From Bdellovibrionales bacterium (lineage in GTDB: Bacteria; Bdellovibrionota; Bdellovibrionia; Bdellovibrionales; UBA1609), in contig DAHVQG010000003.1 of NCBI GenBank assembly GCA_027317865.1, positions 1 to 64,000 of the forward strand: a stretch of 64,000 nucleotides of DNA, in the 5' to 3' direction. Below, piece by piece: positions 62,781-64,000 of the stretch. Each line of letters opens with the position of its first letter. Within the stretch, counting starts at the first letter, position 1. The notes below the pieces were generated by a model. It did no database searches, had not been told where the DNA came from, and was given only the letters and a program-made list of their open reading frames with translations. The translations under genes were made by a program, and so were the position numbers.

Positions 62781-63140
62781 ATGACATCTTCAAATCTCTA
62801 TCTGTACGGAACAGTCGCACTAATTGTGTTATTTTTTGCATGGAAGAAATGGAGGGCCATAAAAATGCGACCGATCATTGCCGACTATCTCAATAAAAAA
62901 GCTGTCGTCATCGATGTGCGAAGTCCGCAAGAGTTTGCCGGGGGACATTTCGAGGGGAGCATCAATATTCCTTTAAATACTTTGGCCGGTAAAGTGTCGA
63001 CTCTTGATAAATCTCGTCCCACTATTGTTTGTTGCGCATCGGGAGCGAGAAGCGCGGTTGCTCTCGGTATTCTCAAAGGCCAAGGCTTCGAACAGGTAAT
63101 CAACGCCGGGCCGTGGACAAATACCCTCATTTCCCCTTGA
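62781..63140 (+). CDS. Rhodanese-like membrane-anchored protein
   Basis: IDVRSPQEF..GH..GSINIP, CCASGARS. Confidence 0.92.
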   Translation: MTSSNLYLYGTVALIVLFFAWKKWRAIKMRPIIADYLNKKAVVIDVRSPQEFAGGHFEGSINIPLNTLAGKVSTLDKSRPTIVCCASGARSAVALGILKGQGFEQVINAGPWTNTLISP

Positions 63141-63248
63141 AAGCGAAGGTCGCAATATTTTGGTGTTTTACCGACGCGGTTGAAAAGTCATTAAAATTTG
63201 AACTGTTGACCGCGCACCCAGGGAGATTGAGGGAGGTCTTTTTGGTCC

Positions 63249-64000
63249 TCAAACTCCCTGGGCGAAAATTTCTCCCATTTCTCTAGGGAGCTGCGCGATA
63301 ATGTGTCTAGTCTCGCCAATTGTTGTGACCTCGCCAAATTTGCGCCAAAATTTTTGTAAGATGATTTTCGTTTCGCCTATATTTTTGCCAAGGCGATTGC
63401 TGATTTCGCCGATGATTTCGTCGGTTGTCATTTCAGAACCTCCAAACGAAATTTCAGACATCAGTTCCGCTTGTAAAACATAGGGGAGCTGTGAAAGCAG
63501 ATTTTTGCCCTCACTCGGCGTCACTTTTCGCAAAATCGCAGTGATGGCATAAAGCGTGAGGTTTCGAGCGTCGCCGCGGCTCAAATCTGTAGCACCTGCA
63601 ATTTGGCTGATGAACCGATGGTAAGAATGCTGTCTTCGATCTTGGTGGCGAAACGCGGATCGAGCTGTACCTCGAGCCGGTGGTCTTTGCCCGCTAACGG
63701 GCTTTTCAAGTTGAGACTCAATAATGGCCTTGCTGTCATCGACCTCGATGAGATGCGACTTTATGAGATCGTCGAGTGTAATGACGCCGATGCATCTTTG
63801 GTGCGAATCGGAATCGTCACGAATAACGGGTACGCGTCGAATACCTTCTTCGCGCATCAGCGTGACAACGTCTTGCAATGTCGCTGTTTCTGTGACGGCG
63901 ACCAGTTTGCCGGCGCCCATCAGCTTTTCGATTAAATCATCAGATTTGATTTCTTTAAATGCAAACGCGAAAGCCAAATCACGATCAGTTAATATTCCGA
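63249..64000 (-). CDS. CBS-pair plus DUF2267-like protein (5' end outside the window)
   Basis: GILTDRD, IRRVPV, GVITLDD; C-terminal LLSQLP / IIAQLP helices. Confidence 0.85.
   Translation of the reverse strand, partial: GILTDRDLAFAFAFKEIKSDDLIEKLMGAGKLVAVTETATLQDVVTLMREEGIRRVPVIRDDSDSHQRCIGVITLDDLIKSHLIEVDDSKAIIESQLEKPVSGQRPPARGTARSAFRHQDRRQHSYHRFISQIAGATDLSRGDARNLTLYAITAILRKVTPSEGKNLLSQLPYVLQAELMSEISFGGSEMTTDEIIGEISNRLGKNIGETKIILQKFWRKFGEVTTIGETRHIIAQLPREMGEIFAQGV

Overview
This is a chromosomal window, probably from a Bdellovibrionota-like (Oligoflexia) bacterium. That placement is an inference from F[QN]NC-type signal peptides, many Thr/Ser/Gly-rich surface proteins and secreted trypsins. 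Core blocks are rpsU-yqeY-dnaG-rpoD-tRNA(CAT), tadA-tRNA-Ser, rfbACDB with wzm/wzt, purA-serA-aminotransferase, lptE-holA, rpsT, MscS, and an RND pump with TolC. Accessory blocks are: (i) a 12-28.5 kb cluster of secreted or lipoprotein glycan-binding and beta-propeller proteins plus two beta-barrels; (ii) a 28.9-42.0 kb mosaic island ending at tRNA-Glu, with a direct-repeat-flanked RRM/FKBP/SDR/TPR module, an XRE-resolvase module, a DUF4160 toxin-antitoxin pair, an intact IS66 and a serine recombinase remnant; (iii) a region after tRNA-Gly(CCC) with an IS256-split beta-propeller lipoprotein. The most notable signals are modular surface lipoproteins sharing a CGKVWV N-terminus, apparently leaderless sigma28 promoters with a recurring CTCA-N3-TGAG palindrome, a tRNA-Gly with a compensatory A19-U56 pair, and an integrase-less module flanked by tRNA-3'-end-like repeats. 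All family calls come from motif recognition by eye; no database searches were run.
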